From Patellaria atrata CBS 101060 (lineage: Eukaryota): a stretch of 64,000 bases of DNA. Positions 62,620 through 64,000 of this stretch are shown one piece after another. The stretch's first letter is position 1. Each line of letters starts with the position of its first letter. The position numbers and the translations under genes are program-made. The notes under the pieces are model-generated. The model had not been told where the DNA came from. It worked only from the letters and a program-made list of their open reading frames with translations, and did not search any database. The stretch spans positions 620,001 through 684,000 of the forward strand of contig MU006095.1 in the NCBI GenBank assembly GCA_010093705.1, written 5' to 3'.

Positions 62620-64000
62620 CTATCGCCTGCCTTCGTGGATCTTCAGATCCATGACGTATTGCATAAGGCTGCAATCGTCACATTTGACAAGCATCTGCAG
62701 AGCCTTGATTCTCTTCCTCAGAAGCATGTTCTCTTCTTCAGCCTTCTTCTTTTCCTTTTCCACTTGCTTGATATAAGCCGTCGCGGTGGCTAGGATCACA
62801 GCTTTGGAGGGCTTTCCATTCGTCGGGGTAGGTAAGTCCTCAATGTCTGGATTAGACCCAGGGGAACCGTCCTTTTCTTGAAGAGAGGGAACAACGCGAC
62901 GTAGAGACTCAAGCTGAGTGTTTAGCGTCTCCCGATATTTTCGTTCCACTTGATTGTGTGGCACGCGACGGCGTACCTTTCCCGTTGCCGTCTTCTCGAC
63001 CGTCGGCATCGGTGAATCTTGATCTGCCGCTGACGGAGAGCTCTCATGTTTCACCTGTGGCGAATCTTCTACCTTCTTCAGGTCCAGATCGCGGCCGGAG
63101 GCTCGACTAGAATCGCTTTCGGTACGTTTCAGCCTGGGTCGAATCTGGACGACCCCGGAATCTTCTGCAGCAAGTACTTCCTGATTGAGGAGAGAACCAT
63201 TCACTGTTCCAGAAGGTGGTGAGTCCGCGAAAAGGAAAGGTGCACAAGCCCCGTTGCAAGTGGAAGGATTGGGTGGAGTTCCTTCTTCAGCGTGATTTGG
63301 ACACAGTGGGGAAGTCCAGCAAGCAGATATTGGATCGGTTGGACCCCTATTCCGTTTGGTTGAAGTGGAATTGGAATTCGGAGCAGACGCGGTCTCAAGG
63401 GCGTCGACAGTCGGAAGATGTTGATATGTCAAATCCGTCGCGAATGTCGGGTCATCTGGATCAAGAAAGAGTGATGAAAGTTCTGCGCGGCTAAAGGTAG
63501 GGGTTTTGTTTACGGTCCTGCCAGTCTGTACCAGTGTAGGGTTCTGCTGAGACACAGTTCTTGCTGTCGACGTGGGAGGAGACAGCCTGAGTCTTGACGC
63601 AGGTTGAGTCGGTCGTGGCGTCAAGACTTCTTCCAAGTTTGTGTTGAAGGGTTCTGGGGAAGAATCTGAGGTACTGTCACCGGCGAGAGTCCTACTAAGC
63701 GGCTCAAGGATTTCGCCATCACTGAGAAAGTAATCGCCCAATCCGTAATATGCGTCTGAGAAATACGAGTCCGGGTGTGCAGAAGCTTCGTCTGGAGTGG
63801 TAATTGATGAGGCTGGATTTGAGTATTGCGTCATCTGGGTTGAGAGTTGAGGATTCGGTCGTTGTTGCGATAGCTGTTGTCTTTGCCCTAATTGAGCCAT
63901 CTTTGTTCGTTGGATTTGTTGCGAGGATGCTGCGTTAGACCAAGTTCCTGTAGCAGCTGAGACGAGGACATTGTCTAGAGGCAGCGAGCTCCAGTTGTAG
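62620..64000 (-). CDS. bHLH transcription factor with C-terminal zipper; frame stays open past window end
   Basis: 'RRVPHNQVERKYRETLNTQLESLRRVVP...KPSKAVILATATAYIKQ' followed by a coiled coil. No stop upstream of ATG 63900 within the window. Confidence 0.88.
   Translation of the reverse strand, partial: YNWSSLPLDNVLVSAATGTWSNAASSQQIQRTKMAQLGQRQQLSQQRPNPQLSTQMTQYSNPASSITTPDEASAHPDSYFSDAYYGLGDYFLSDGEILEPLSRTLAGDSTSDSSPEPFNTNLEEVLTPRPTQPASRLRLSPPTSTARTVSQQNPTLVQTGRTVNKTPTFSRAELSSLFLDPDDPTFATDLTYQHLPTVDALETASAPNSNSTSTKRNRGPTDPISACWTSPLCPNHAEEGTPPNPSTCNGACAPFLFADSPPSGTVNGSLLNQEVLAAEDSGVVQIRPRLKRTESDSSRASGRDLDLKKVEDSPQVKHESSPSAADQDSPMPTVEKTATGKVRRRVPHNQVERKYRETLNTQLESLRRVVPSLQEKDGSPGSNPDIEDLPTPTNGKPSKAVILATATAYIKQVEKEKKKAEEENMLLRKRIKALQMLVKCDDCSLMQYVMDLKIHEGRR

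Overview
Eukaryotic DNA from a filamentous ascomycete (Pezizomycotina-type introns with GT(A/G)AGT donors and CTAAC/CTGAC branch points), with two 100-N scaffold gaps. The left ~41 kb looks accessory and partly decaying. It holds a small putative cluster (MFS transporter, broken SAM methyltransferase, 56-aa microprotein gene, AsaB/CmcJ-like oxygenase, truncated amidase), LTR and DNA-transposon remnants, a HAD phosphatase next to a fructosamine kinase, a lipase-NACHT-WD40 NLR-like gene, a divergent ABCB transporter/Zn2Cys6 pair, a het-c homologue, a secreted beta/gamma-crystallin-like protein, a GH45 endoglucanase and an S1/P1 nuclease. The right ~22 kb holds core genes (TM9SF nonaspanin, TinA/Msd1-like, EsdC-like, a Cys/His microprotein, Rmd8-like, bHLH factor). 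The best novelty candidates are the spliced 56-aa microprotein gene lying between tailoring-type enzymes (possible peptide-modification/RiPP-like locus) and a strongly recurrent intergenic octamer, TAGAACTA. All family calls come from motif recognition by eye; no searches were run.
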